Source: Balanoglossus misakiensis (Eukaryota > Animalia > Hemichordata). From it: a DNA stretch of 64,000 nucleotides. The DNA is taken from positions 403,368-467,367 of the forward strand of contig CM082596.2 in the NCBI GenBank assembly GCA_040954595.2, given 5' to 3'. The position numbers were made by a program, and so were the translations under genes. Position 1 is the first letter of the stretch. Every line of letters begins with the position of its first letter. Shown here in pieces: positions 13,001 to 26,800 of the stretch. The notes beneath the pieces were generated by a model. That model was not told where the DNA came from. It ran no database searches and was given only the letters and a program-made list of their open reading frames with translations.

Positions 13001-16000
13001 AACCAAGAGGTCAGAAACATTCACTCGAAGTCTGATTTCAAGGGTAATGACCAGACTGCACATTCAACTCACAGTCCCACCTACAAGTGAACCAATGTCC
13101 AAGATACAGTCGCAAAGGGCTGACATGCAGTACTGGAGCACCCAAAAGACAAATCTTGGAGTTGGACAATGGCTGGAACAACCTAAGGCTTGGTCAAGGC
13201 CTGAACACAGTCGGCCAGACCCGCCCAAGTCTCTTACAAAAGCGGTTTTACACACGCTGTAAAATCTTCTTTTATGTACAACAGTTGTTACTGCTGCCTG
13301 TACTGTAGTTCCCTTGGGAGATGGTGATCTATATGACAGGGTCACCTTGTAATAGGGTCTGAGGTTAGTCTACGCAAGACTAAAATTTGTGCCAAGCAAG
13401 TCAAAAGTACACCTGGCTGATTTCAGTCCACTGCTACTGTTCTATCTCATTTTTGATGCGACTGTCAGACATCTTCACCACTTGGTCCAGCCCTTCACTA
13501 TCCAGTGACAAAACCTACTCATCTTTACCATTGCACACTCATTACTCACTTTGCCTTTGACATTATCTTGGGACTTTGAAGTCTGCGCCATTACTGCTTT
13601 GGTCTTCGTATCAAAATACACTTCAGATGAATCTGTGGAATACAAAAAATACAAAATACACCTCAAAATGTGCCTTTATGAATCTGAGAAATACAAGTAA
13701 ATACAGGATACATACACATATACATAGTACACGTACCGCTGATAAATACTTAACAAGATGAATACTAGCATTAGCAAAGGACAACAGTAACTTCAACAGG
13801 TCAGTATTGGTATTGCAAATGATGCTAAACACACCACCTACTGTAACAGAGTATGATGTGGCATTTTCCAAACTTGATGACAGTGCAGAGACATGCAATA
13901 TACATACACACGTGACCAACTGGTTTATTTTCTTGTAAACATTGGGTTTTTAGGAGTTCACAGGAGCACTATTACACCCACACAATTGGTAACTGAACAC
14001 CGCCCAAAAACTTTATAATTCTATGCTTGTGCCAAGAATCAGACAAACAACAAATGTGATTTATATTCACAAATGAGTATTTCCCCAACAGTCACCATGG
14101 AGTGTGGATGTATTGGGTCATTGTCCGAAATTCAACATCACTATTGCCACGTGAGCACACTCATCACAAACCCTGGATTAACGCAGTGACAAAATTATAA
14201 GCACGTAACAAGGCAAAGCATTTTATATGATTTCACAGCAAAGTCATGCAAGCATTTATGATAAATCAAGTCTTACTGGAGATAATAGCTTCACACCTTT
14301 ACAACATGGCCGATATTTGCTGGGCAATTACACTTTAACATGTACATATCAACCAGTTTTTGAAGGTTACTTTGGTAAGCAACAAATGTTATATCAGCCA
14401 ATACCAATGGTAACCTAATTAGGCTACTTGTCATGAACATTTTTGTCACAGATGCATTTAGTGGAAATAATTACATCCTTCATAAACCAAGGTGAGAGAA
14501 GCAACAAAGGCATAAACCAAAATCACTGTCGTTGAAAAGAGTTGGAAATGAACACTGACACTGAAATGATGTCAGTGAGTGAATATTCAATTTGATGAGA
14601 ACATACGCACTGTACGAGCACATGTTTGTTTGAAATAATGAATCAAGGAACCGTATTAAATGTAATAGAAACTGGATAAATTTGCAAATTAGTAAATTAA
14701 TCCATGGCATAATTATTCAAAAACAAATACTGTACATGGCTTACAGTTGCCATAGCAACTTTTGGCTTTTTTATCCCATTTTTGTTCCTGCTGTGCCAAA
14801 TTCCATTAATACATAAAATTTATTATCATAGGATCCTATTTAAAGCTCTATGTGTTATGAATGAAAAAGCAAATAATGTTCTGATAGAACTGTACAGTTA
14901 TTTCTCCTATTGAAATGAACAAATTTGAGCTCAGCTATAAAAACAATTTCAATGTGTACATTGTATAAGGGTACAATGCTGTGGTACATTTACCGAACAT
15001 CTGGTGTGGAACTGTGACAACATCAGCATTTCTAATTAAATATTCATGTTGAATTGTGAGAGCTCTCTGAATGGTACCATTTCATCATTTATGCACTGAA
15101 AGCACAGCTGACTTATACACAGCAAATGTGTCTTTGTCATCTCAAAATATCATCAGCATAAATAAATACATTAATATAGCTAGCACAACTCAATGGGAAT
15201 CTCTCATCACGTAAAGGCCACTAACCTGTAGAGGAATGCAATTAGTGATAAGTCCACATTATTTTACCTGACTGTGAAAACAACCACACACATTGTACAT
15301 CAACAGTTCCTTCCCGTGAACATTGTACTGGTTGCAACATGCAAGTGTCCAAGGTGACATTCTACACTACATGTAACTGGTTTTTAAACATTTGTCAGAA
15401 AATATCTTTACCCTTAAATACCCTTAAAATACATGTACACCTTTCATTAAGAAATGGTGATATAGAATCTTTGCCTCATTTCATGTTTCCACTAACATTA
15501 CAATGTAAATGCTATATTTGTTTTTATTGGTTATTTTTTAATTGTTTATTTACCCATCATGCAACAGGCATAACACCCACTCACAGGATGAGGTGTGATC
15601 GAGAGATGAGAAGTAAAGAGCCTTGCTCAAGGATATTCTGCAGAGTCTTCTGGGGGTCTGCAAACTACCAACCTCCTCTACTCGAGTGGATATGAGTAAA
15701 CATATTGTGCAGGGATTGATCAATGTGCAGCCTTATCCATACACATGCCTTGTCTTGCATCAGGCCAATTGCAAGCAAGGTCATTTGGAGTTTCCGAGAA
15801 GACTCATGTCAAGTTAAGCCTAACAGCACAAGGCAATTGCTACTCTACAATGATGGAAAACCTTGTGTTGTATAACACCACTTGGCAAAGTGTCAACCAA
15901 GTTTGGATGTTTTTCATTTTTATCAAGATGATACATATGAGGTGTACATGTGGACATTATGATCAGACAGTGGTGGTTGTACTGTTGTAGTTGTAATTTT

Positions 16001-19000
16001 AAGTTTACTGAATATCTCATGTAGTATAGTGTTTACAAAATGACAAGGAAGTTGGCAGGAACAGATAATCTGTTTTACATACAATGTAGACATTGTGGCA
16101 TACTGACCAAGGTTCACAGCTGAACCAAGTAAGGTTTCTAATCATTTAGTCCGGCATTCCACATGGGCAGAGATAAGACATCTACATGTATCATTGCCAG
16201 CTCTAAAAAATGCATCAACTTAGTTGTCGTATATTTGAACTACCAAATGAAGCAATGAAACAGAAAGTTTTTATAATGTCAGAAATTTACCACAGAGAAA
16301 TCATTTGCTGATAACATCTGTGAAGATATGTACAATTATAATAACAGTTAAGCCAAAATGATCAGCGTTTTGACACAAACATACAAGTTGAAGCAGACTG
16401 CTCACAGTATTGCCAAAAGGAAAAAAGTGTCAAGCACTCTCTTCGGGGAATTTGACCCTTTTTTCCAGGTCAAAATGCATTTAACATTCCCTGTGGTATA
16501 ATTTATGGCCATCAATGACCCCAAATGACCTGAAGGTCAGATTCTTTGAGCATGTGTTTACCACCCTCAAGTAAATGGCAAAGTTGGTTGAAACTGGCTA
16601 CCCTTTCAAGGCCATAGTTTGATCCAATGATCCGGATTTTAATGTATTAAGTAGGACCGCTGCATCAGAAAATAGGGGGAACATGAGATGCACATCCCCA
16701 GGACCAACATCCTAACTTTTCAATCAATGAATTTTCCTGGAGGAGACAAAGGTTACCACTCCAATTCCCAAGGAAAGCAATTGGATATTCCGAATTAGCT
16801 CCACATTATATTACTGGTGCCTGTTTCATGGCCAAGGTTTCTTCATGTGGGATTATAAATTTGACTTTTTGGTTTTTCAACGGCCTGCCACAGATTGACC
16901 TGATATTATCAGTGGCCTTTTCACTTTGTTGGTTGACATCAATTGTCCGATAAGGCATTCCACAAAAACAATCCTCTGTACTACACGTACATGTATGGTG
17001 GTGTTTCATGGGAGGCAAGATTTTGAAATGAAATGTACATGTATGCATTTGGTAGAATTTCAGGGAGAACGCTATCCACAGTACAGTACAGATAGTCTAG
17101 TTGTTCATATAACTTGAGAGGATTTCTAGAAACTTTCACTTTTGAATAGTGATGGATATGTACTCACTTGTCGAAATCCACTTGCCTTATCTCAATGACA
17201 CACTGACTACAAATCATAGAAGAGAAACTACATTACTCAGTGACTGGGAGTGGCTTGAATCAACTATTTGAACCTTTTGAAGTGGGATCTGGAAATGATG
17301 ATCGCAAAACAATCTGCGACTCCCAGCTACTGCATGCACCCAAAATGCTACGGTCAGCACGGTATTTTTCTCTCTGCTTGCATTTGAAAGTACCCCAGTC
17401 CTCGGAATCAGTGAAAAACATTCCAGGGTTTTCCTGTTTACATTGAGGCAAATGAAAATAACATTTGGAGAAGAATTTTAGCTGTGGCAAAATTAAACAT
17501 GAACTATACATGTACACTTAGGTGACTTCTGACACAGACTTGCCACGTTTATCAAAACAAGTTGTAATTTTGATTATCAAGGTCAAGATGTTTATAAACA
17601 TGATATTTATCATAGGTTTCTGCCGGAGTACACAACTTCTACAAACTCCTGTCCACACCACAACATCAATGTTTTGCTCACAAGAAAACTACAAATGCTA
17701 TCATCCTGTTTATCTCTTCTGTATTTTCTCTTGGTTTGACCTTTAATATTATTTTTTTTTTAAACAGCATAAAGGAGGATGTATCATGAGCAGACTTCAA
17801 TAACATTGAAATTATTATCAAGAGAAGCCATGCATGACTTCCCTGTATCTCTGAATCAATAGCTGTTCTATTCATAACCTATGGCATCTGTACAACTGCA
17901 CTAAGACCTCACAGCTAGAAATGGTTCATTAACTAGGAAGGATGCAACTGAAATCTACTTTGTACTTTCATATACAAGGAAGAAAATTATTTTTTGTTTC
18001 TGAAATGGACACCAATTTCATGTTACGTGCTTGTCTATGAAACATACGAATAGAGCATACACACAAACATTTGATAGATCACACCCAGAAATTATACATG
18101 ACTGTTATTAACCATTATAACCAGATATAATTTGATACACTCAATTTTCATATCAATAACAAACAATGCACAAATGACTTATATTGTAATGTTAGCAATT
18201 TCAGTTTGGATTGATGAATCTTTTACTATTTCCATCGAACCAAAGATAAACTCTGTTTTTATGAGAATTAATATTGTTCTTTCATTTAGTGTTCTTCTCA
18301 GAATTCTTCTTGTTATGAATTCCACGAAAGACTGGGTCATACCATTCACACAATGCTATGCTATCCACAATACTTGGGTGACTCAACTGTGTGTCCGGGT
18401 TCAACAAATTTGCATTGGCTAGCTTTCTCTGTCTATATCTGGCGTTGTCACTAAACATGTTAACACACGCTGTATTTCATTACTTGCATACTTCCTGAAG
18501 GAAAAGTGTAATCTAAAAGAGAACACTTTGATATATTAAACTGATTTTGGGAAGGGGTAAACCAGTTTATAGAGAAAATAAGTCTATATGTGTGATTTAT
18601 TTCCCCCTAACCTGAACAATTCACAAACAGTACCATCACATGTTGTTACAATAGATTTAAAGAGTTCCACCCAGAACAATTCACAATGCTCACTCAGTTG
18701 AAACTAGTGATTTGAATATCAATAAAGGGTGTTTCCTTTTTTACCCTAACACATGGCGGTGTCACCCTGAACCAAGGTATTGAAAGTCCACACACACAGA
18801 GTCAGTGACGTACGTCTTTACTGGTCCTGCACCTGTGTTTTAATAACCTCTCGTTACGAAAGACGCAAGCTTAAATGATTATGAAAGTTCTCATGGGTCA
18901 GTTTCAAAATGTTTGTGAACACATACAACTTGAACGACAACACGCTGTGTTTTAAAACAATACTCTCATTAATTTGATTAATTAAAGTTTCACAGAATTG

Positions 19001-19872
19001 AACAAACTCTTGTCATAAAACAGTAGCCACATAGATATAAACGCACTTCTGAAATCGTTAGATAAAGTTATCCATTTGAGTATGTCAGAGGTCACAAACA
19101 ATTCCAATCGAAAAGTCAGACCGACTGAAAACTCCAGACGACCGCAGGAAAACCAGGCTCGCATTACACTACGAGTGTGGCCTTTCGAGACTGACAGCGT
19201 GGCACGCATGGCAAACCGGTAGCTTTCGCTGAAATCGACATGGACGCTTTGTAAACAATACACAACATCGGCGAAACCGGTCGAAATATCAATGGGTCTG
19301 GCCCAAATTTTGCTAAAATGATGGAGTACAGCTAAGTGCAAGTGCTGTTGTACACATTGCTATTAAAATATTAACCGATCGAAGTATTTCAGCCCAGTTT
19401 TCCGCCGGAGGAGCCACTATCACACGGTTCGAAAAATCGAGAAAGCGACAGATTCAGATTACATAAAGCTTGGAACCGAGAGAAAACGTTCTGTTGCTAA
19501 CACCATGGAAACGGCGACATATATCAGATTTTTATGAACGTTCAGTTATTACACGTTTGTAAATTTCTAGCTAGAAGGCAGTAAAAGTCTTCATTCTCGT
19601 GAAAAGTTTGCAGTTCTTTACCAAACAATTGTCAGAGGAAAAGGTCAAAGCCGCGGATTATAAAATTATAGTGTGTTGCAAGTGCACGCCCGCCCGGTCG
19701 ATTCAAGGCTGAATATGCGCCTAGCCTAGCCCGCCCTATAAAACTTAAGTGTTTCAAACAACAAGGTGAAAAGCCCCCATTTTCGAACTGGGTCTCTGTT
19801 GATGATATCAGGTAGACACATTTACAAAGAAAAACGTCAATAGATACCTTTCTGTGCTTGTTTCTTGGCCAT
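7069..19872 (-). CDS. SPATS2: SPATS2/SPATS2L family protein (DUF1387-type, stress-granule/nucleolar), about 754-768 aa
   Basis: Phase-consistent GT-AG exons: 19872-19848 (MAKKQAQK), 13632-13550, 11754-11643 (IAAVREVVNHSSNDDILLVLQHFDNDVDKTIQAFLEG), 11446-11394, 11153-10991 (or -10949), 10745-10407, 9437-9302 (LERSVKDLQR), 9034-8976, 8812-8703 (ADLKAEIK), 8545-8465 (NFVGERKVDEEIGKTIRF), 8310-8062, 7923-7069. These motifs match vertebrate SPATS2 as recalled (MSRKQNQKD.., NNEIILVLQHFD, LRADIKHFVSERKYDEDLG). Confidence 0.92.
8162..8176 (+). promoter_or_regulatory. CTCF-like motif (exonic)
   Basis: CCAACAGAGGGCGCT is close to the CTCF core CCACCAGAGGGCGC; a related CACTAGAGGGCAG lies at ~6367-6379. 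Motif match only. Confidence 0.3.
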
Positions 19873-20130
19873 CGTTGCAGAGACGTATAACGTATATACC
19901 CGGAAGTGTCTATTTCAGCTGTCAAGAATCCACCCGAGGCAACCCGAATGTTACCGAATGCGCAATCAAAGCAACTCGGACGGCTCAGACCCAGTATACG
20001 CCGGTTCGTAGAAAAAAAGAACGGCTTCCATTGAATGCAAATCCCATTGTTTTGGAAGATGTTTATCGAATCTTGATCGATTGAGAGCCATTTATTTTAG
20101 GCGTAGCAATGACGTCAGATGACAACATTG
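19873..20130 (-). promoter_or_regulatory. SPATS2 promoter / 5' region
   Basis: CpG-rich segment just upstream of the ATG at 19872, with ETS site CCGGAAGTG at ~19900-19908 and a full CRE TGACGTCA at 20110-20117. Confidence 0.5.
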
Positions 20131-20652
20131 TAATAAACAATCATACTGCTATGTACAGTCTTGCTGTTGAAATTGATTTTTTGCCTGCTATGAAGTCAAG
20201 ACTTAAGTGACCTGTTGACTTCGACGAGCCCAGGTTTCAAGGATAGGGCCTATTTACGGAGAAAAACGTAAATTTGAAGAGTAAATAATGTGCAGAAAAA
20301 ATGAAATGAATACGTGTAGGTGCACACGTTTAACTTGATACACACAGGCAGGGAAATTGGGCTAGGGCGTAGCTACTTTTTTCCTATGCCAAACACCTTT
20401 TTAATGTATGCCTGAATAAAATTACGAAAACGAAAATTGTTGATAAATAGGCCTACAGGCAACAAATTGTAATGGAATCTGATTCTATACGATATACCAA
20501 ATGCACACAGTTGCATAATGTAGGCCTATACATACAGCACATCTACACCTGTGTGCAAGCGATACAGATTCTCATCATTATGCAGTAGGGATAAGCCTAT
20601 TATAGATATTCATTAGCAGCATTATTTAAAGTAATGTTGAACTGGGACATTG

Positions 20653-20686
20653 GTTGGAACATAGACCCTAGGGTCTATGGTTGGAA
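20653..20686. mobile_element. Minimal transposon remnant / excision footprint, P-superfamily-like
   Basis: GTTGGAA [CATAGACCCTAGGGTCTATG] GTTGGAA: a perfect 20-bp palindrome with CATAG...CTATG ends between 7-bp direct repeats. Confidence 0.6.
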
Positions 20687-23600
20687 CCAATGCAAACAAT
20701 TCCATCGAATTTGAAGTCAAACTGGTATTCTTCCAAGGCGATAAGTTGACACTGATAGCAACATCCTTGCACTTTCACGCACAACACTTGGACGTGAGAG
20801 GCGCTCTTCTTGGGGATGTCACGCAAGGAAGTTACAATTCACCTACTTTATCCTTGATCATGACACCATTGTACATTTAGTGTCGTAACCATGGGAGCGA
20901 GTATTTTTTTGCACTAATATTGGCATTATACAGACCAGCCACGTTAGCACATTTAAATTCCTATGGCATCATTGCGGTTAAATTATAAATGACGTCCCGT
21001 TGAAGTAGATGCCACTTGTCGATGTTCTGCCAATATTTAGTGTCGGTCCGATCCTATGTGATGGAATGATCAAACCGTGATGACGTTTGTACAACGCGGA
21101 ATGTCGTGCGTCATGATCGTGTTATTACATTTGCCCAAAAAATACAAAAATGATTATTGCAAATTGGGCGGTTATTATTTTTTGTGAACGTGGCAACACC
21201 AATAAATTTCAATAGATACATCATGAAAGTTTTAGTAAGTTATAAAAGACCTCTACGAGGACTTAATAACCACTATCATGTAAATGTTTTTGAATTTAAC
21301 ATATTCTAAGAAAACTTTGTTCAAAATATTCGAAGACACAACGTATTAGTATTCATACTTGTATGGCAGTGATCTGTTTCAAAATATAAAACTAATTCAT
21401 TATACAGTAATTTCGATGATTAATATTGACGTCGAACGCAGATTTACTCTGTGTCTCTGACACAGATTTCATGACGACCTTTGAACTGTTGTCCACAAAT
21501 CAAGATTTATCGAAACAATCACAATGGTGTGATAAGGAAAGGACAAAAATAAGAGCTCGCTCCCCAAGTCCATAATCTTTGTCACACTGATATAACACTT
21601 GGGTTCCATGTTTTTGAACTTGAAGATGCGCTGTTCGACTGAGCGACGAAGGGCGCAAACATTCCCTAGAAGTTCTAAAACTTTTCGCATAATCTGGTGC
21701 ACCATCGTTCTTCGCAAGAATACACGAATAAAATATAAAATCACGCCAAAACATAAAAAGTATGCTCGTTTATGTTTTGCACAACACTTTGGACATATTA
21801 AGATTAAAAATTAACATTTTACCTAACACAGGTTCTTCAACATAGACAGTCGCATATCCCACACTGACAAAATGATATTTATGCCGCTAGCTTGTACAGG
21901 GCCATGTTTTTTGCTGTCACAGGCACTTACCCAAGTGTTTTTGCTTGAGACTGCCACTTGATTATACGGCTTCTAGTCACAACCAGGTACGAATTGAACG
22001 AGTCTTTAGAAAACGCCCAACGCGTGGTTGCACGAAGCGTTGCGGCTACGCAGGTCTTTTATGATGACGTGATATTGATTCAACAGGTGGTCCAATGAAT
22101 AATATTAAAATAGATAACGAGTCTGTTGTGTGCGTGATAGGTACTCACAGCCAGTACAACTGATAGGAAGAACTATACATTTGTAATAGGTATATAAGCT
22201 AAAGGTGGGTGGCCAATGTGCAGATAGATATACACGCACAATACCTAATCAATATAAGTTTATATGTGGCAGAAGCCATTTATGCAACGGGTAGATGCTA
22301 AAAAACACGTTCGGACATTAAAGAATTTGTTTGGCGGCCACGTGTCAATTATGATTTTTGATTCTATGCATCTTAGTTGATAGGGTAGCAAATCAAAGGA
22401 TTGTGCGGCTAGCCAAAAGGATTTATACGACACTCTACGTACGAGTTTCCACACCTTTTATTAAATGGAATCATCCTGAGTGACAGCCGACGACCGGCAG
22501 GGTCGGTGACTCCAGTCGTCAATGCTTCGTGCTGACATGTAAAATACCAGTGTTCACGCGACCCCAAAATGAAAAGAAAGAGTTTTAATAATTATTCTGC
22601 GTATAGACATTTGCTTGATGGCTGAAAGTCAAACTATCAAATGCAAAGCATAGTCTGTTTTGCATGCTGTTAAAAGAAAAAAAAAACCATCAAAATTGGT
22701 TATCGATATCAAATGGATAGGCTGGGACCGTGGGATAATAGATAAAAACTTACTGGAACAACTTTGTACACAAACATACCACCTCTTGGACTTCGTGGCA
22801 ATATGGTGATAAATGCTGTGTCATATTTTCCGACCCTAATTGTATTCAAATTTGATAAATTTTACGGCCCACACATCGATCTTAGTTCCCGGATGAAGGT
22901 CAGATTGTAAAGTACAAACACGAGAGGAGTAACTGTTAAAGGGGTTATAATCCAAAACTGTTATGTATTCCCAGACATAACTGGCAGATCAAATTTATAT
23001 AATTTCACATGCCATGTTTAGTGAATATGGTGCTCTATACGCTTTTTGCAATGAAAAGATGAATATTGCAAAATTAATAGTTCATTCAACATTTCTAACA
23101 GTATGTTCACCAGCTGGCTTGACAATCTATGTACAAATCATTCCACATAAACACTGTTCCCTTCAGAGAAATTTGATTACTCACATGCAAGTTTTTAATT
23201 CATAGAATGTGTGGGCGTTTTTGTTACAAGGTAAAGGGAGTGGTTGGTAAAAATAACATGTAATCATACTTTTGCTAAATGTTGCCACCAGGGTGGTTGA
23301 CGGAAATTCAAGATATGGCTGACTCAGCCATGTTGAAAATATGGAAGTTCATGACCTTCATGGAAACATCAGACAAGTTTGGTTATAAAATCTCAAGTTT
23401 TATTTAGGTCTAGCAAGTAGTACAGGCTTGTTGCAAGTCCATACAGGAACACAAATACTAACGCAAGACAATGGAAAAAATGAACTGAAAGCTCATATTA
23501 TATATCCAAGTATATACACTATTTCTTTTACTCACACTTCATTATTATGTGTGTGTGAAAATGTCACATCGGTTTCCATGGACACAACCAGAATCTGAAG

Positions 23601-23856
23601 GCACATTGCTACAATAGCAATACAAATGACATGATGGAACTGTACAGTGGCAGTGAAAAACGCATGAATTAAATTCAGAATGGCCGACAAATATGGATAT
23701 GTTGGAAGTGACCACATCAGTCCAGCCAATATATCTTGATTTTTTTAGAATGACAGTCAGAAGGCTCTGCCCATCTGACATCCCTTCTTAAGAGTGGCAC
23801 TGTCACAACTTCAAAGCAAATGGGTTACTCCACTCTCAAATGTAGGGATGTAAGGG

Positions 23857-26800
23857 TCACTGCACTCCCATCTTGGCAGCCTCTGCTCTGATGACATTGA
23901 TGAGATCTTGGTTTATCAGAAAGATGAACCTCAGACCAGTAATCTGTCAAAAATGAAAATGAAATCAAATTCAAGTTACAACAAATAACAGCTGCAAGTA
24001 TGGTCTAAATCCTGTAAATATTACGCAAGGTATATACAAACTAATTCTTGCACGAAGAACTTGTTGATGATTCAAGTGACCATATGCAGAGTTTTTCTGA
24101 TACAATGTGACTGTAAAGAACTCATATGTGCAGCTGTATTCAGAACAGCAGAGCTTTTACTTCATTTAGTTTGCAGTGGTGTGTCTTACCTCAACAACCG
24201 AATTGTTGGTTAATTTTGCCTTTTCTCCTTTGGAGACTGGTTTTCCATCAATGTAAATTGGTCTTTTCCCTTCATTGGCAACAAAGAAGTCACCATTATT
24301 CCGGAGTTTGATGACTCCTTGTCTGCGTGAGATTTTCCAAGCTGGTCCTTCTAGTGACAGATCCACATCAATGTTGTTGTCTTTTGTCGCTCTGCCCAAT
24401 GTGATCTGAACAAAAATCAACAGATATGACAAAACTGCCTCGAACATGGAGTTTGAATCTCTCTCTCTCATAGGTGACCATATATTGGGTTTGAGACAAT
24501 TGTTTAAATTTTCAGTAAGATAATATTGTGTTGTTTTGTGAATGAAAAGTGTGAGAAGAAAGTCATTTTGCTTCTGTCAAACCATAAACCTCACTGACAT
24601 GGTCTCTGAAATCCAACAATGCTGTCACTCACCTCTCGTGATCGCATCAGATATCTGACCAATCTGCCTCGAAGTACAGCCAATGTCTGGTTGTCAAAGT
24701 CTGGCGGACTGATCCCTGTCAAGTGAAAGAGCAGAAATCAAAGATACAAAACAGACCATACAAACCACATGTCACTTCAATGACAGATATCTAGAAATTC
24801 AATACAATACTACTGCTAGCAATTCTCCATGTTAGATTCAAATGCTTTGACACTTCGAGTAGGAAAACTTAACACATCATCCACAGCTTTGGTTAAATCT
24901 TAGCATCCTGACTCCCTTTTTAAGAGGGCGCACTCACCTGTCACACTGTCAACTAAAACCTGCCATTTTGGAATTTCATTTTCTAAATGTCTGATCTCTC
25001 TCTTCTGTTTCCTGTCAGCAACAGCTAATTCTGAAAAAGAAAGATAATAACTGTCACTTTTGGTTATTTTTTTTATAGAATTTTCCCCCATGTCTCAATA
25101 ACACTCCACAGTCCTGCACCCAGCCTTCTCCAGTATTTGTACTTATACATTGTAGTACAAATGTAGTTAACATGTGAAGTTATTACGACCACTGTTATCG
25201 TTGAATATATAGCTATTTTCAATGACAAAGTCCACAGTAGATGCAACCAAAATAATGACCTCAGACATTACATACCATGTTCTATGACTTCATCTCTAGG
25301 ATCTCTGGAAAAGAAACACATTGGCAATACACTGTTAAATAAACACAAACACAACAAATGAAAACATTATTGTAATAACCCATTTTCCAAAGTCAAACTT
25401 CCATTAAACTTGTCTGTACAGGAGAGATGTTGGATACATGATACTTACGTTAATTGACTGTCATCTATCATATCTTCTGTGTCTGAAAAATTCAGAACAT
25501 GATCTCCTCTTGGCATCGGTTGAACTGAGAAGGAAAAATAAACATCAGAAGTCAATATGAATGGTTTGTAAAGAGATTTTTCAAGTACGATAACAAAACC
25601 CCACCACTACTGCCAACTTCACAACTATAGCGTACTAAACTAGAAAACTAACACCTGACAACAATCACTTGGTCAAGTCAGTGATGTCATGTGACTGTAA
25701 CACACTCACCTGATTGGTCAGGCAATAAATGATATTGCTTCATCAGTAACCAATGGCTGAAAAGTGATTTGTCAGTTCTGCATGGATGGAATATATTTGG
25801 ATGTTTGTTTAACAGTTCTTGAAAAGTGTCCTGATTTGGTTGACTCGTCTGCAAATGAAGAAATAAATAAAATACTAATAGTGTTTGGACATTTATTCTG
25901 CCAACCATGCATCATTAACACACAGATGGTGGCCAATGACCTTATACACAACTGAGGGCGCTGTTCGGGTACTCTTCAATGTTCCCAGAAGACTAAGATT
26001 AGAAATTGACAGAAATACAAAAGTGAATGTTATCAGAGACTACTTTACCGAAGAAATTGTTCCTATCAGCGTCTCCTCTTCTTTAGCAAATAATGCTTTG
26101 TTTAAAATTGACTGCTTCACATCTGGGTGTAGATTTTTCATTGCTTGTTGTCCAATTCTGTGAATGAGACAATCATGACTTGTTGAAGACATACAAGGAA
26201 GATCGCTTAATATGGTGAAATACTTGAAGGTTGTTGCTTTCAAGTACAAAATGTCAGGAAAACTTACTTGGATATTGCTGGGTCATAAAGCAATGCATAC
26301 CATCTCTCTTCAATCTCATTCAGTGTAAACCGACAACTGAATTTAACCCCTGTATGTACTGCCTTCAAATCATTAGTCTGGGGAGAAACACATTTGAATA
26401 AGCTTCAAAAATGGGTGTAAGTAGAGATTTGGAATTACAGGATAAGAACAACTGGAATCTTGGATTTCTGCATAGCCCAAACCTTTGTGTTAACGTTAAG
26501 TTTACAACTGGTGAATACACTGACCTGTTGAACAGCACTGATCAAAGCTAGATCATCTTGCGGTTTCCATCGACCAAGATCTTTGATGGCTGGTGGCAGC
26601 TGAAAAGTTAACAGCAACAACAATTACTTTTACAGATCTCTAACGTCATTTTCAATTTTTTGTCATTATTGAGATATCAACATTCGATAGTTGAAATTTT
26701 CTCACTTTACCTTTTGTTTCTTTGCTCTCTTTGCAGAAGAGGATGATGACGACTTTGATGATGGCTGGAAACAAAATGAATCTTGTGACAATGACTTCAA

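Noticed and set aside
12698-13345. Cluster of overlapping ORFs in SPATS2 intron 2; possible TGA read-through
   Set aside because: No recognisable domain, TAA stops also interrupt the frame, and no consistent splice signals.
15020-15095. C/D box snoRNA candidate (ATGATGA...CTGA on minus strand)
   Set aside because: Terminal stem negligible and no convincing rRNA guide complementarity.
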